Part shown: in pieces, positions 16,547 through 26,483 of the stretch
Position numbering within the stretch: the first letter of the stretch is position 1
Layout of the letters: each line of letters starts with the position of its first letter
IMG/VR virus record: IMGVR_UViG_3300016476_001378
Length of the DNA: 64,000 nucleotides
Strand: one strand, 5' to 3'
From: a virus
Taxonomy: Duplodnaviria > Caudoviricetes
Notes under the pieces: generated by a model
What the model was told of the DNA's origin: nothing
The model's database searches: none
Seen by the model: only the letters and a program-made list of their open reading frames with translations
Translations under genes and position numbers: made by a program

Positions 16547-18706
16547 TTAGTTTGTGCGATTGTCAATCAACCGCACATAATCATACACTGCGTTTGCGTG
16601 TTTCTCATTGAGGTCACTGCTTTGGAGTAGTTCAAGCATTGGATACGTTTGTAGAATCTGCTCGTAGTCTTTTCTCCAGTCTGTTTCCACCAGTGTGATT
16701 TTGAATCCACGGGAGTAGAGTGTGTAAGCAAGTGTGGTTGCACGTTCTATTTTGGCACGATTCCTGTTCTGTGCTTTGAGTACAAACTTTTTGACTATGC
16801 CCTCTGGTGCTTTGTCAAGCAACATCCAATCAAAAGCACTACCTGTCTTTTCGTGACCTGCTCCGAATCGTGAGTAGGTAGCCAATGGCTCTCTTACTGA
16901 GATTGGGCAGTGACCTGCATAATCATTTAGTTGTTGTTGCAGATTGTGGCTCGAAATGTGATTATTCACCTCTGTTTCCATCCACTCTCTCAGTGTTTTC
17001 CATCCTGCACCGATTTCGGTTACGCTATCACGGATACCGTAGACTGTTGGCATTGTAATGCCTGCTTCTGCAAGCAATCTGCGGTATTCTACGATGTATT
17101 CCATCTTTAGTGTGGAGTCTATTGATTCAAACGCATTGATGCGGACATAGACACCGCTACCGTTTTTAATCTCATCGTTGTCGCAGATAGTCCAGTTATC
17201 GGATTTGGTGTTTTCAAGAACCCCAGTGGTGAGAGTAAAGATTTTGCACTTTTGCTTGTCTGTATTGCGAACGGTCACAGGCGTGGCTTTACCGCTAGTC
17301 CACTTGAGGTTTGTATAGTCTTCAAGTTTGACCATTGTCGCACCAACGAATGGTGATGATTTAATGAAATCGTCCATCAGCGTTTCGTCGTTGAAGGTTA
17401 CCAGTTGAATCTTCATGCCGGGGTGCTTTGCGTTTACACCTCTGATTTTCTGATTTACATCGGCTTGTGCAACCTTCTTAGGTGCAAGAAGGACAAAGAG
17501 AATATCATCTGCTGGTACAAGGGCTGTTAGTTTGTATCCAGTGATTCTGGCACTCTGAAACCAGTTATAGGTTTTGAAAGTACAGTTATACTTGGCAGAG
17601 ATTTTATCAAAGCCATTGATGTTCCATGTATTGTAGATGGGGGCAACGTGGTCACACGTAAACTTGTTCAGATGGACTTTACCAAGTTTGGAGGTAAGAC
17701 CTGTAAGGTTATTTGCAACCTTGATTGCTTCCCAGACATTGGGGGAGTTGTCAATCTTGTCTTGTGCATCCTTGACAAGGGTGCTGGCGATTTCATTGGT
17801 CTTGTTGATAATCCAAGTGATGGTACGCTTGTCGTATTCCAACGCTTCACGGGATGCGGTGATTGACAGGGAGCCAATAGGGGCTTCGATGACCACATTG
17901 TGTGAGCGGTAGTAAGACGTACCAAAGATTTCAAAAGCAGAGTCCTTGTTAGGAATGCTATTAAGGTCGATAGGATAAGCAACATTGCCCATGATAATGA
18001 CATTGTTCTCTGTTCGCCCGTTGTTGTAAATCGACCAGTCTGTACCGGAGAATGTAGCAACACGGTTGTGATGTGCAACGATTGCTTCTGCTACTCCCGT
18101 GTTGTTGAGAATCTCAGGGCAAGGCTGAAAGTTCTTGTAGAACTCTAGAGCGGTTTCATTGAACTGGCGAATGTCATTGTGCTTGACAGCAACAACAATC
18201 TCAACACCATTCTCTTCGGTTGTTGGTTCGGAATAAATCTTGCGAATCTTGCCGATGTTGGATTCATCAAGGTAAGCGGTATACATGGTACGCATACCGT
18301 CAAAGTAAGAAATGATATCGAAGGCGTTACCGTATGCAAAAGCAGACTTGGAGCCAAGACCGAACGTACCGTTGAAATCGTTGGAGGTGTCCTTGGTGGA
18401 CGTGCCGTATGACGTGTAGATGTTCATAACGGAATCTTCAGACAGACCTACCCCAAAGTCACGAACACGAAACTCTGTTGCAAGTGATGTAGGAAGGGTG
18501 ATACGCAAAGAGCGGTCTGGAGTGCCTGCGAGAATGTGACCGTCCCAGCCATTGGTGGAATACTCACGGATGACAGCAAGCATCTTGTTGGAGTAGATGT
18601 TGGAACGCAAGATGCTGAAAATCTTAGCGGAATCCTGAATGGTGTAAGAGGCTTCGACAGCGTTGCCGAGGGTGGAGACGGTGCGGGTTGCAGTTGCAGT
18701 AATCAT
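16547..18706 (-). CDS. rIIA: RIIA-like protein (GHKL ATPase N-terminus)
   Basis: IYSNK..AVIREYSTN..D, VRDFGVGLS, STK..SND..G.FGLGSKS. Confidence 0.9.
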   Translation of the reverse strand: MITATATRTVSTLGNAVEASYTIQDSAKIFSILRSNIYSNKMLAVIREYSTNGWDGHILAGTPDRSLRITLPTSLATEFRVRDFGVGLSEDSVMNIYTSYGTSTKDTSNDFNGTFGLGSKSAFAYGNAFDIISYFDGMRTMYTAYLDESNIGKIRKIYSEPTTEENGVEIVVAVKHNDIRQFNETALEFYKNFQPCPEILNNTGVAEAIVAHHNRVATFSGTDWSIYNNGRTENNVIIMGNVAYPIDLNSIPNKDSAFEIFGTSYYRSHNVVIEAPIGSLSITASREALEYDKRTITWIINKTNEIASTLVKDAQDKIDNSPNVWEAIKVANNLTGLTSKLGKVHLNKFTCDHVAPIYNTWNINGFDKISAKYNCTFKTYNWFQSARITGYKLTALVPADDILFVLLAPKKVAQADVNQKIRGVNAKHPGMKIQLVTFNDETLMDDFIKSSPFVGATMVKLEDYTNLKWTSGKATPVTVRNTDKQKCKIFTLTTGVLENTKSDNWTICDNDEIKNGSGVYVRINAFESIDSTLKMEYIVEYRRLLAEAGITMPTVYGIRDSVTEIGAGWKTLREWMETEVNNHISSHNLQQQLNDYAGHCPISVREPLATYSRFGAGHEKTGSAFDWMLLDKAPEGIVKKFVLKAQNRNRAKIERATTLAYTLYSRGFKITLVETDWRKDYEQILQTYPMLELLQSSDLNEKHANAVYDYVRLIDNRTN

Positions 18707-18901
18707 TTGTTCAATACCTTTCAATACTATAGAAGAGACCCCTTTATTTTTATGATGGAATCACTTCGGTCGGCCTTCACACCAACCATACTAGTATAGA
18801 TTATGGTATCAAAATTTAAGATAGAATATCATGCATGCAAACTAAAAGGGGCCCCTTAAAATAAGACTTTGTAATCTCCGCCAAGTGCCCGGAAGATACA
18901 A

Positions 18902-19022
18902 GGTGGGAGAATCTGAGATATGGCGCCCCTCTCCCACCCCTACCAAACTTCAGGCCTTAGGAGCCCATCTCTATAGAGACTGCCGCTTCTGCGACCAAAG
19001 GATGTTCCTGCACACGTTTGGT
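18902..19022 (-). ncRNA. Candidate structured RNA (GC-rich intergenic island)
   Basis: ACCAAAC/GTTTGGT closing stem with internal hairpins, followed by a GGTGGGAGA/TCTCCCACC hairpin. Confidence 0.3.
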
Positions 19023-19049
19023 TATCTTATAATAAATACTTAGGGCCCC

Positions 19050-19364
19050 CTATTTAATTATCCTTTTGCTGTTTGTGCAAATTTTGCCTTCCCAGCATCC
19101 GCAGTTACACTTCATGACTCCAACACCGCCTAGGCGACCAAAGGGTATGTATGAGCCACTGGGGGCCTCCTGGGGTTCTTCTTCAACCGTTGGAGGATCT
19201 GCAGGATCGTGCTCTTCTACGTCTAAATTATTGGGCCCCCTTAAAAATGACATTGCCACTCCTATAACAGAATTGGGATCATACTGATCCCCTAAATTAA
19301 AGGTGCCCTTTAATACATCATTTTTAATTTTATCTTCTAGGTCTATTAAGCGTTTATCTTTCAT
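19050..19364 (-). CDS. Hypothetical protein
   Basis: 104 aa; ATGA overlap with the upstream gene. Confidence 0.55.
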   Translation of the reverse strand: MKDKRLIDLEDKIKNDVLKGTFNLGDQYDPNSVIGVAMSFLRGPNNLDVEEHDPADPPTVEEEPQEAPSGSYIPFGRLGGVGVMKCNCGCWEGKICTNSKRIIK

Positions 19365-19588
19365 AGGTGGCTTTCTATGTCATCATCATAAAGATCCCAA
19401 TTGAATAAGTGTTTATAGAGGCCCCCATTATTTTTTAGGAATAATGAATAATCTTCTGACCACAGGTTATTGTGTGAGTCATAAATTTGGGGGCCCTTTA
19501 AATAAATGTAATAATCTTCGGGCCAATTCTTTAATCTAATTTTGAGGCCCTTATTCATCAACTTAAAAGCTGTTTCAAAGTTATACAT
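19361..19588 (-). CDS. DUF2829/Tad2-like small protein (second copy)
   Basis: NFETAFKLMNKGLKIRLKNW...YIYL ... W.LY. Confidence 0.45.
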   Translation of the reverse strand: MYNFETAFKLMNKGLKIRLKNWPEDYYIYLKGPQIYDSHNNLWSEDYSLFLKNNGGLYKHLFNWDLYDDDIESHL

Positions 19589-19843
19589 TTATTTATCTCT
19601 ATCCGATAGCGCATCAAATGATGGATTAATACCCCAGTTCCAATTCTTTTTATTAATTAAATTTTTAGGGGCCTCAGGTTTATTTTCCAGATCATCTAAT
19701 TTAAATTTAATATAATCTAAATTGTATTTAACGTAATCTAAATCTCTCTTATTTTCCATACATAACGTTATAAGCGCCTTTAAGTGCTCATTAAGTTCTT
19801 TTAAAATAAGTTCATCGATTTCAGCGCCATTGTATTGTTTCAA
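19589..19843 (-). CDS. Hypothetical coiled-coil protein
   Basis: 84 aa; tightly coupled to neighbours. Confidence 0.55.
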   Translation of the reverse strand: MKQYNGAEIDELILKELNEHLKALITLCMENKRDLDYVKYNLDYIKFKLDDLENKPEAPKNLINKKNWNWGINPSFDALSDRDK

Positions 19844-20100
19844 TTAGAAAAGAGTCCCTGTGCGAAACCCCATGCAAAAGATCCAACAAATAAACACCAA
19901 CCAATTGTATTGCCTCTATTAAGCAATTGTACTTTCTTATCTTCAGCCATGTCTTTTTCATTTGGTAAGAACGCCATAACGACGAGCGAAATTAACGATC
20001 CACCTAAACACCATGGCCAAAAATTGTAGCCCTTCTTAGTGGCGAACCATCCAGATAAGCCAGCTATAGCTAGTACTACAATCCAACTAATAATTTCCAT
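19840..20100 (-). CDS. Small membrane protein
   Basis: A.KKGY.FW.W.L.G...SL..MAFLP motif, three TM segments; GGAGG SD. Confidence 0.7.
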   Translation of the reverse strand: MEIISWIVVLAIAGLSGWFATKKGYNFWPWCLGGSLISLVVMAFLPNEKDMAEDKKVQLLNRGNTIGWCLFVGSFAWGFAQGLFSN

Positions 20101-20119
20101 AGTTATCCTCCATTAAAGG

Positions 20120-20208
20120 CGGGCAGTCAGGGATTCGAACCCTGGGTGGCATTTAAAAACCACACTCACTTAGCAGGCGAGCGCTTTAGACCTCTCAGCC
20201 AACTACCC
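20120..20208 (-). tRNA. tRNA-Ser(GCT)
   Basis: GGGTAGT...ACTGCCC-G, loop CTGCTAA, long variable arm. Confidence 0.92.
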
Positions 20209-20416
20209 TTACATTATTATCGTGTTATTTGTTCGCCGCAAGAACAACTATAATAGAGGCCCCAATTTTTATTTAAGATAAATAATGGGGCCCAAAAGCC
20301 CATTCTAGAATAAGCCTTTGTAAGCCCCGTATAACGCGATTGCAGCTGCAGATAGATCACAGCAGGCCAGACGCGATCCTGGCCTCTCTCTGGGGCCCTA
20401 AGGGCCCCAGAGGCAC

Positions 20417-20959
20417 TTACCAGACTATAGCTTCTTCATCAGAGGGAAGGTACCATCTCCAAACACTATTAGAGGCCCCATAAATATATTTAAAGCCTAA
20501 TGATGTATTGTAAATTGGAGCTTTGGGAATTTTATTTAAAATGAGGCCACTCTTATCAAGCGGCTTATCGCTCTTCTTACTATTACATTTTTTGCAACAT
20601 GTAACAAGATTTTCCCAGGTATCTTTTCCACCTAATCTTTTAGGGACCACATGATCTAATGTAAGATCGCTCGGGCTCCCACAATATTGACACTTGTAAT
20701 TATCACGCGCGTAAATGCCACGCCTGCTAACACGAGCAATAATTCGGGGCCTCTTTATTTGAAACCTTAACCTGATAACAAGAGGAACAGGATGATCTAT
20801 ACCACTAGCGTCATAAACACACTCAACGTTGGAATCTTCCTCGCCAAGATAATGCAAAATATCAGCCTTGTCCTTATAGACCAATTTGATGGCACGGTGA
20901 AGATGACAAATGTTTAAAGGTTCATAGTCACTATTTAAAACTAAAACTTCTCTAGCCAT
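20417..20959 (-). CDS. HNH endonuclease (McrA-like)
   Basis: VLVLN.DYEPL, RDNYKCQYCG, LTLDHVVP..LGG..TWENLVTCCKKCN. Confidence 0.92.
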   Translation of the reverse strand: MAREVLVLNSDYEPLNICHLHRAIKLVYKDKADILHYLGEEDSNVECVYDASGIDHPVPLVIRLRFQIKRPRIIARVSRRGIYARDNYKCQYCGSPSDLTLDHVVPKRLGGKDTWENLVTCCKKCNSKKSDKPLDKSGLILNKIPKAPIYNTSLGFKYIYGASNSVWRWYLPSDEEAIVW

Positions 20960-21103
20960 GATCGTTTCCTCTACAATTAAATTATCGTGCGATAAAAGAA
21001 TTCACCACACACTATAATAGTTAATTTAATAAAAAAGAGGCCCTTCCTATAAAAACAAAAAAGGGGCCGCAAAGCAGGCCCCCTTTCATTTTAAAACAAG
21101 AAA

Positions 21104-21526
21104 CTAAAACTTCTTGCTAAGTCCCAAAAGAACGCCGCCCTTAGCACTTGTGCGAACAGCATCTGGACCTGTAAGAGGTGCAGTCCATGCCCAACCAGCA
21201 TTTACATCTACACCCAATAAAGAAGTTACACGGGTGGAGAAACCAGCAACAAGGCCAGCCTGGTCATTTGGATAACGACCTGATGTAACACCAGCAACAA
21301 CCTTAACCTCACGACCGCCAACCTTAGGGAACTTTACAGTATCCAAAGGAAGAACAGCAGCAAACTGAGTGGTGTTCTGAGCTGGAACATAAACAGTGCC
21401 AAACTGAACACGCTTCATAACATTGTAGGTAGGCTTGTCCATAGGAACGCGAACATCCAATACATCAGCATTGACAGAACCTGAAACAGCCGCGACAGCA
21501 GCCAAACCAAAAAGAATATTCTTCAT
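21104..21526 (-). CDS. Secreted, possibly outer-membrane beta-rich protein
   Basis: Signal peptide (VNA-D), alternating beta pattern, terminal Phe. Confidence 0.65.
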   Translation of the reverse strand: MKNILFGLAAVAAVSGSVNADVLDVRVPMDKPTYNVMKRVQFGTVYVPAQNTTQFAAVLPLDTVKFPKVGGREVKVVAGVTSGRYPNDQAGLVAGFSTRVTSLLGVDVNAGWAWTAPLTGPDAVRTSAKGGVLLGLSKKF

Positions 21527-22001
21527 TTTATTTTTTCCTTATTCTTAATTCTATTAAATAGAAAAGTCTTAATCGTTACACCGGGAAGTAAGGCCCCTTT
21601 AAATTAAAGAGGCCCTAATCCTATAGAAAGCAATAACTATTATTTTTAATTTTCATCACTCTCTAAATTAGGTTACTAAATAATTATCTCTCTTTTGAGA
21701 ACGAATAGATACAATAAAATAAATTTTATTTTTTCCAATCTTATAATAACTACTCTAACCCAATGTTGGATGTTCAGTAAAGATCTTACATAGAGTACCC
21801 GATACTCTATAGTGACAAGATAAAGAACCTTACCGTTCCCTAGCAACCAACACTATATTATTGTACATAAACAATTCAACGCACACAGAATAAAATTCGA
21901 AATTCAAAAAAATAATTCATGCTCTAACCAGGTGCCAAATAGTATTCGAATTTCGAAATTTAAAAAGAGGCCCCTTAAACTCGAAATTTAAAATGGGGCC
22001 T

Positions 22002-22268
22002 CTAATCATACAAATGATAAGTAACACTAGAGGGATCGTCCTCTACTCGAAAAACCTTAAAGCCAAAAACACTTGCTCGAAATTTGGCCTCCTCTAATGT
22101 ATTATAATAACCCAAATCATAAATACATAATACATCATGACAATGCAGTAGATGCCAACCGCGAGATTCCTCTCTTCTTATAACAATCTTATTCATCTCT
22201 AATCTACTCTCTACTCGAAATTTAAATAACACCAAGCTAATAATAGAATAAAGAAAATAATGTTCCAA
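22002..22268 (-). CDS. Hypothetical protein (true start possibly MNKIV at 22196)
   Basis: C-terminal part looks protein-like (LGYYNTLEEAK..A). Confidence 0.4.
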   Translation of the reverse strand: MEHYFLYSIISLVLFKFRVESRLEMNKIVIRREESRGWHLLHCHDVLCIYDLGYYNTLEEAKFRASVFGFKVFRVEDDPSSVTYHLYD

Positions 22269-23366
22269 TTAAATAATACCTTTTTCGAAATTCTAATACC
22301 ATAATAAAGTAAGAGAAGAGAGGACACTCTCTAATGGCCCCAATATTTATTTTTTATTAGTGTGATATTATCAAACAATGCGCGCGATAATATAATAACA
22401 AATAAAAAGGGGCCCTCTAATAATACTAGTGGAGACCCAGTGGAGAGTGAGTGGGGACAACTTTAATAAAAAAGGGCCCCTTTAATACATTTATTCGAAA
22501 AACAAGAAAAGTGAGGCTAAATGAGGTAACACTCAGAGGCCAACTGAACACATAACATACATGAGCATTTAGCCTCAGATTTTAATTTAAATTGAAAAAT
22601 CAATTTAAAAAGGGGCCTCTTATGCTCGAATTTTAAGATTGCAAAGAATTATTCTTTGTCTCGACCAAAGGTCGCACGATACTTTTCTAATTACCACTGA
22701 GTCTCCACTAGCCCCCATTTATTTATTTTCAACCATTTTCAACTAATTTAACACTCTATTAAGCCCCCTTTTTTATTAATTAAAGAGGGCCTCTTTTAAT
22801 GCCCAAATACTTTTCAGACTGTAGAGAAATGTTTTTCACACTTGTGGATTATTTAAAAATTTTTGTATTTTTCTCTCGTAAAGGCAGGTATTTTGGGTGT
22901 TTTTGCATAACTATTCTATTTGCATATTGATAACAAAAAGTGTTCTTATCTTATAGTGTATGAGTGCCCCTTTTTAATTACCTTATGCTTTTTGTAAAGA
23001 TGTTCTTTAGCTCTGTAGAATAAAAAATTCCTGCAACTGTTGAGTATTAAAGAATAATTTTTTGAATAATTTTTTTGTTTCAAAAATCATCTTTTCCCTT
23101 TATCTTCTTCTTATGTCTTCCTCTTTAAGAGTATCTCTTTTCAGACATTTTTCACACTAGAAGAAATTATTCCATTTTGTTAGAAAAAAGTTTTTATTTT
23201 TTCTCTCTCATGTGTTTTCTTTCTTTTCTTTTATGTGTTAGAGAGTTGGGGTTTTGAATTTTCTCTATTGTAATTTTTCTATTAATTGGGGCCTCTAATT
23301 AATTAATTTATTAATTACTCTAATGGGTCACTCTAATGGATTAATTTATTTACTCTAATAGTATTT

Positions 23367-23742
23367 CTCTCTATTCGAAATTCTCTATTCGAAATTCTCT
23401 AAGTGTTATTTTTCTTCTATTCGAAATTCTCTCTATTCGAAATTCTCTAATAGAGTATTTTATTATTCTATTCCTTTTAGAGCTTTGTTCTTTTATGTGT
23501 TGCTCTAATGTGTTATTTATGTTTGCTCGAAATACTTTATTGTGTTATTGGAGATTCTGTTTACTCGAAATTCTTTGGCCTCTTTAATTGTTATTGTGTT
23601 ATTGTTTTTTTGGATCGATTGTATTTGAGTTCGTTCGAAATTCTCTAATAGAGTATTTTCTTTTATTGTGTTATTTGTTTTATTCGAAATTCTCTAATAG
23701 TATTTGTCTCTAATGTTCGAAATTCTTTGTTTTCGAAATTCA
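23367..23742. repeat. Iteron-like repeats (CTA)TTCGAAATTCTCT
   Basis: About ten copies of TCGAAAT(T), including two tandem pairs at 23370-23450. Confidence 0.8.
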
Positions 23743-23978
23743 TTCTTTTATGTGTTTTCTCTAATAGTAAAAAAGCGAGGTGAGTTTGATTTCACTTCGC
23801 TTTTGTTTTATCATTGTTTTCTATTATGTTTTATTTTATTGTATTGTTCATTTAGTGTATCTGCTTGACTCTTTTTATTCATTTCGTTTATTAGATACCA
23901 TGCAGCTCCACCTACGAATATTGGGAGAATTATTGCGTATCCTTCCCATCCTGTCCAGTATGCTATAGTCATTTTATT

Positions 23979-24293
23979 TTAAACCTTATGTGATACAATT
24001 TCTCCGAATTCGTCTACGAACACTAATAGTCTTTCTTCTTTTTGTGTTATAGCTAGTATGAGCCATGGTATTGCCCAAAGGAAGAGTACTCCGCAGGTTA
24101 AAATTCCTCCTACTACTGTTACGAGTGCGTGTACTGTATGGTTACATTTTTCTCCTGAGTATAGTGTTGCATTGAATTCATTTTGTGATTCAATTTTCCA
24201 TTGTCTTACAGCTGCGAATCTTAGGTATTCTGCTAGTTTCTTTTTTCTTTCTATGTCTGACAGAATTATTTGTTCTAAGTTATTTTGTTCCAT
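23979..24293 (-). CDS. Membrane protein
   Basis: NH..HA..T...G.LT.G..LW..PW..LAI motif. Confidence 0.7.
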   Translation of the reverse strand: MEQNNLEQIILSDIERKKKLAEYLRFAAVRQWKIESQNEFNATLYSGEKCNHTVHALVTVVGGILTCGVLFLWAIPWLILAITQKEERLLVFVDEFGEIVSHKV

Positions 24294-24378
24294 GTTATTA
24301 TTCTCTGTTGTTGGGGCAATTGTTATTTTGTCGGGCGAATTTTGGGGCCCCTCTTTTTTATTATTCTCGAAATCCTAA

Positions 24379-24732
24379 TTATTTTCTTATATAAGTTAAG
24401 ATTGACATCAAAATACCTAAAATTGCTAGAGCGCCAGGTATCAGGTAATAAAAAAATGTTTCATTATCTAAATATTCTGACGTGGATGCTTTTCGTCTTT
24501 CGGTATTATTAAATGCATCTGTAATCAAAATAAACAAGAATAAAATCAGGAAAACTGGTATAAGCGAAAGAACAATCAGAAATTCTATGAAATTTAATTT
24601 TCCATTTATAAAATCAGAAGAAATAAATACAAGCTTTCTTGCACCAAATGATAATGAATTGAATGCCTTTACATCAAGGTTTCCATTTTTCTTTCGAAGG
24701 TCGGCTATCTTTCGTTCATAACCAGTCCTCAT
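24379..24732 (-). CDS. Membrane protein
   Basis: Two hydrophobic helices. Confidence 0.55.
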   Translation of the reverse strand: MRTGYERKIADLRKKNGNLDVKAFNSLSFGARKLVFISSDFINGKLNFIEFLIVLSLIPVFLILFLFILITDAFNNTERRKASTSEYLDNETFFYYLIPGALAILGILMSILTYIRK

Positions 24733-24903
24733 CTTTTTCTCATTTGTCCCATTTTATTATTTTCTTCTTGGTATAGTAAGTTATTAATTATTTTGATTGT
24801 TGTTTGTTTTTCTTTTAGGGCGACAAAAGCGATTATGATAAGTGTTATTAATAAGAGGTAGGGTTTAAGATTTTTCATTTGGGGCCTCGAATTTTGTTAT
24901 CTT

Positions 24904-25359
24904 TTATGTTGGTGGCAGGAGGTATTTATTTGGTGTTATTGTTTGTTCTGCCATAACATTTAGTTTCTCATAGAATTCTTTATTCTCTATACATTTGTCA
25001 TCCCAATAGGTTGAGATTAGTGTATAGTTTTGGTCTTTGTATTCTTGTGCGATTTTTAGTTCATGTGCGCCGATGAAGGGTGTGATTGGGTTAAATGTAT
25101 GTGTTGGTAGAGTATTATAAATTAGATAGAGAAATTCTTTTATTTTATTATTATCTACAATAAAGATACAATAGGGCAAAGATTTTGCATTTTGTTGGTG
25201 GTGATGTCCTTGGCAGGAGTAGATTGTGTAGACCCAATTTGATTTATTAATAGTTTTAATAAAGAATGTTATTTCTTCATCTAGTTCTATCTCCTCGAAA
25301 TTTATTGTTCTTGGGTCTCTTAAATTTGTTGTATTGCAAAACTTTGTTAGGTTGTCCAT
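24904..25359 (-). CDS. Hypothetical protein with TYW3-like T..SCQGH motif
   Basis: LDEEI...I..IN...VYTIYSCQGH. Confidence 0.55.
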   Translation of the reverse strand: MDNLTKFCNTTNLRDPRTINFEEIELDEEITFFIKTINKSNWVYTIYSCQGHHHQQNAKSLPYCIFIVDNNKIKEFLYLIYNTLPTHTFNPITPFIGAHELKIAQEYKDQNYTLISTYWDDKCIENKEFYEKLNVMAEQTITPNKYLLPPT

Positions 25360-25712
25360 TAGATTCTTGTGTATCCGATTATTCTATTTATTTTATAATC
25401 GTTATCCCATTCGATTGTAAAGATTTTGTGATTGTATCTTTTGTCTTGTTTAAATGTTATTTCTGCAAATGTTACATTAGTTGGTGAATATTCTTTATCA
25501 TGTTTTCCTATCGTTTTGATAATCACCTCGAAATTTGTTTCTGCGTTGGTGATGATATGTTTATTAGCTTTTATGATATCATCCATTCCAATATATGTTT
25601 GTGTCCAGTTAAGATATTGTGTATGGTCTTTTAGGAATGTTGCCATTTTGTCGTAGTCTTGTGTTTTGAATGTTGTGAAGTATTCTATTGTTAGTTCGAT
25701 GTATTTATCCAT
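25359..25712 (-). CDS. SnoaL/NTF2-like protein
   Basis: YF..F...D.......L.D......W....G...I pattern; GAGGA SD. Confidence 0.55.
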   Translation of the reverse strand: MDKYIELTIEYFTTFKTQDYDKMATFLKDHTQYLNWTQTYIGMDDIIKANKHIITNAETNFEVIIKTIGKHDKEYSPTNVTFAEITFKQDKRYNHKIFTIEWDNDYKINRIIGYTRI

Positions 25713-25785
25713 TTTATTTTCCTCTTATTAATTATCTGTTATTGTTGGGGGAATTGTTATTTTGCTGGGCGAATTTTTGCCCCCT

Positions 25786-26373
25786 TTAATTAGTGTATCC
25801 AATATTTAATCTTCTTACCAAATGAACAAATTTATGGCTATTTACAAGGTGGTATAGGAAATAGGCTCTTCTTCCTAATGAGAAGGCTCGAAATTCTGTT
25901 TCGTTTTTAAACACCTGTGTTCCATCTTCGTATTGTGTAGGTATTTTGATTCCATCTTTTGCCCATTCTTTTTGTTTGATGAATTTCTGTTCAATAATAG
26001 AAAGGAGCCATTGGAATTCTTCTTGTGTGTATCTTTTATCTTTTGGTTCTAGGAATTCATCAAATTCAATCTTCTTATGTGAGAATGAGCTTTTATGAAT
26101 TACAACATAAACCTCTTGTTTATTTGCTTTTTCTACAGGTGGTAATTCAAGAGACCATCCTACATATTTAGAAACACAATATTCTGGAGCTGAGTGATTT
26201 TTCACTCTCATTTGTCCTGTTTCTAAATCAACAAGATGATCAATACAATAATGGTCATGAAATTCGGGAACAGCATCAGATTCTGTTTCGATAGATTCTA
26301 CAAATTTAAATTCTGATTTGTATTTATCTGTGCTTGGTATGTATCTCCAAAATGAGTGTTTGTATTTTGCCAT
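25786..26373 (-). CDS. Hypothetical protein
   Basis: 195 aa; GAGGA SD; promoter motif at 26390. Confidence 0.7.
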   Translation of the reverse strand: MAKYKHSFWRYIPSTDKYKSEFKFVESIETESDAVPEFHDHYCIDHLVDLETGQMRVKNHSAPEYCVSKYVGWSLELPPVEKANKQEVYVVIHKSSFSHKKIEFDEFLEPKDKRYTQEEFQWLLSIIEQKFIKQKEWAKDGIKIPTQYEDGTQVFKNETEFRAFSLGRRAYFLYHLVNSHKFVHLVRRLNIGYTN

Positions 26374-26483
26374 TTTTGTTTCCTCTAATTGTTATAGGCC
26401 CCTTTATTTATTTTTAAGATAAATTGTTATTTTGCGGGGCGAAATTTAGGACATTTAATTTTAGATTTATAATAACAATAACT

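Larger units (their letters stand above)
21890..23760. other. Putative replication origin region
   Basis: Mostly non-coding and very AT-rich; plus strand flips from A/C-rich to T/G-rich near 22.8 kb; nested inverted repeats 22426-22443/22694-22711 and 22512-22523/22566-22577; many TCGAAATT copies. Confidence 0.6.

Noticed and set aside
23367-23742. CRISPR array
   Set aside because: Repeats are 8-14 nt, irregularly spaced, with low-complexity spacers; no cas genes.
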